Virus record (IMG/VR): IMGVR_UViG_3300044814_000107 | Coordinates: 3,224-67,223 of that record | DNA: 64,000 bases | Strand: one strand, 5' to 3' | Source: a virus | Lineage: Duplodnaviria > Heunggongvirae > Uroviricota > Caudoviricetes | Shown: in pieces, positions 62,842-64,000 of the stretch | Layout of the letters: each line of letters starts with the position of its first letter | How positions within the stretch are numbered: the first letter of the stretch is position 1 | Position numbers and translations under genes: made by a program | The notes under the pieces: generated by a model | Told to the model about the DNA's origin: nothing | Seen by the model: the letters and a program-made list of their open reading frames with translations, nothing else | Databases searched by the model: none

Positions 62842-63482
62842 CATGTGCGCTCGGCCGCCTCGCGGACCGCCCGTACGACCGCCTCCGCCGCCGTCTCGAG
62901 GCCCCACTCGCGGCGCAGGATCGAGACGTGTCGGGCGAAGTCCTGGCGACCCTCGCGCGAGAGAAGCAGCGGTACCTCGAACGTCTCCGGAAGCGGGGAG
63001 CGCGCGTCGAGCGCCGGGACCCCTTCGACCTCGGGGAACTGTGGGTCGGCGAGGAACGCGAGCCGTTCGGCGAGCTCGGCGGCGTCCTCCTGCGAGTAGC
63101 CGGTCCCCTCGAAGTTGGCGAGGTCGGCTAGCTGCGCGGCGAGCAGCTCCTCGTCGAAGCCACCGGCGCGCCCGGTCGCGTTGTCGCCGACGAGGTAGGC
63201 GCGAGCTTCCTCCTCGTTCGCGAACTGGTTCGGGATCGCGGCGATGTGCGTCCAGCCGAGAGACCGAGCCGCAGCGACGCGGGTGTGGCCGGCGACGATG
63301 CGCGAGCCGTCGACGCTGATTGGGAGCACCTGCCCGAATCGGGCGAGCGAGCGCGAGACGAGTTCGACATCGCCTTGGTTCGGGTTGCCGGGCCACGGCT
63401 CGAGCGAGTCGATCTCGACGAGGAACCGCTTCAGATCCGCGGCGCCGTTCCAGACCTTCGGCTTCGTACGAGGAGGCGTCAC
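62841..63482 (-). CDS. ParB-like nuclease domain protein
   Basis: Track ORF 62841..63788, trimmed to the GTG (VTPPRTKPKVW) that overlaps the upstream stop (GTGA). The product carries a ParB/Srx N-terminal domain motif (LVEIDSLEPWPGNPNQGDVELVSRSLARFGQVLPISVDGSRIVAGHTRVAAAR). Confidence 0.7.
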   Translation of the reverse strand: MTPPRTKPKVWNGAADLKRFLVEIDSLEPWPGNPNQGDVELVSRSLARFGQVLPISVDGSRIVAGHTRVAAARSLGWTHIAAIPNQFANEEEARAYLVGDNATGRAGGFDEELLAAQLADLANFEGTGYSQEDAAELAERLAFLADPQFPEVEGVPALDARSPLPETFEVPLLLSREGRQDFARHVSILRREWGLETAAEAVVRAVREAAERT

Positions 63483-63727
63483 AAGGCACCCAGGAGCCAC
63501 GTAGCGACCCGGTAGAGGCCGACGAAGGCTGCGAGCAGGAGAACCGCCACCAGCGCGTAGACGAGCAGTACGAAGGCCCGGCCGACGACCGCCCCGACGA
63601 CCGAACCGATGGCGGCGCTCAGCGGCGCGCGGGCGCGGTTGCGCGCCTTCTCCTGCAGCTTCGCTACGCGCGCCCCGATCTCGGGATCGTCGGCGCCGCC
63701 GATCATCGGCACGTCGTCCTTCTTCAC
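63479..63727 (-). CDS. small membrane protein
   Basis: The GTG start overlaps the stop of the upstream partial gene (GTGA). It has C-terminal transmembrane helices (FVLLVYALVAVLLLAAFVGLY). Confidence 0.4.
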   Translation of the reverse strand: MKKDDVPMIGGADDPEIGARVAKLQEKARNRARAPLSAAIGSVVGAVVGRAFVLLVYALVAVLLLAAFVGLYRVATWLLGAL

Positions 63728-64000
63728 GCGACATACCCCACCGGCTCGACGCCGGTCTCGCGGATCCACGCGCCGCCGATCCGTTCACCGTGCTTCCCGC
63801 CGAGGTCGATGCAGAGCACGAACGGCTCGTCCGGCTCGAATCCTTCCGGGCGACCGTCCACGAAGCGAGCGTCGTCGGCGTCGCGGCCGAGAGCCTTCAT
63901 GTCCTTGATGCGAGCCGGCTGGCCCTGAACGCGGAAGACCACGCCGGGCGTGTGCCCGACGATCTGCGAGAACCCGGCCGTGGACTTCGGCTCCTGCCAG
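63724..64000 (-). CDS. metallophosphoesterase (calcineurin-like); partial, 5' end beyond the window
   Basis: The minus-strand frame is open to the window end and reads ...SQIVGHTPGVVFRVQGQ...FVLCIDLGGKHGERIGGAWIRE, which contains the GHT(P) motif of the phosphoesterase C-terminal region. Confidence 0.5.
   Translation of the reverse strand, partial: WQEPKSTAGFSQIVGHTPGVVFRVQGQPARIKDMKALGRDADDARFVDGRPEGFEPDEPFVLCIDLGGKHGERIGGAWIRETGVEPVGYVA

Noticed and set aside
1-64000. CRISPR array, integrase/attachment site, toxin-antitoxin pair
   Set aside because: No spaced direct-repeat array was found. No tyrosine or serine recombinase signature appeared in any ORF. The small plus-strand ORF at 12770..12924 looked vaguely like an antitoxin, but the resemblance is too weak to call.

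Overview
This is a ~70% GC window that reads as an actinobacteriophage or prophage (mycobacteriophage-like). Nearly all genes lie on the minus strand, and many pairs have start/stop overlaps of the GTGA or ATGA type. GTG starts are common.

Recognisable modules, from right to left on the minus strand:
- A DNA-metabolism and modification island at 48.6-64 kb. It holds an SF2 helicase, an HNH nuclease, a beta-class N6/N4 methyltransferase, a second SF2 helicase, an MT-A70 methyltransferase, a Dcm-like C5 methyltransferase with an aberrant variable region, a ParB-like nuclease, an SSB-like protein and a partial metallophosphoesterase.
- A terminase small subunit-like gene, then a terminase large subunit carrying a class-3-like intein in its P-loop.
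- An HNH endonuclease, two tRNA-Ser genes, a cluster of tRNA-like (Y RNA-like) repeats, and a Ro60 (TROVE plus vWA) ortholog.
- A long glycosylation/modification island at 23-38 kb. It contains four GT-A-type glycosyltransferases (three GT2-family, one GT-A-like), two of which carry related LAGLIDADG inteins. It also has a GalE-like epimerase, a SAM methyltransferase, a GNAT acetyltransferase, an SPFH/Band-7 protein, an Ig-like protein, a papain-like peptidase and many small membrane proteins.
- tRNA-Met, a portal gene with an intein, and a MuF-like protein with an N-terminal 2H-phosphoesterase-like domain.
- A 3.2-kb IS1595-family insertion with 23-bp TIRs and an 8-bp TSD. It carries cargo genes and a tRNA-Thr, and its transposase is itself split by a ~200-bp MITE-like element.
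- An 812-aa protein plus an AAA+ ATPase, an opposite-strand RNase HI, capsid/scaffold-like proteins, and a Gly/Thr-rich fibre-like gene that runs off the left edge and is absent from the ORF track.

A 12-bp palindromic-arm motif, CTAC-N4-GTAG (usually followed by CG), recurs immediately upstream of start codons of at least 8 genes. In several cases it occupies the position of the Shine-Dalgarno sequence.

My single-base coordinates may be off by 1-3 nt, because homopolymer runs are hard to count by eye. ORF-track coordinates were used wherever available.
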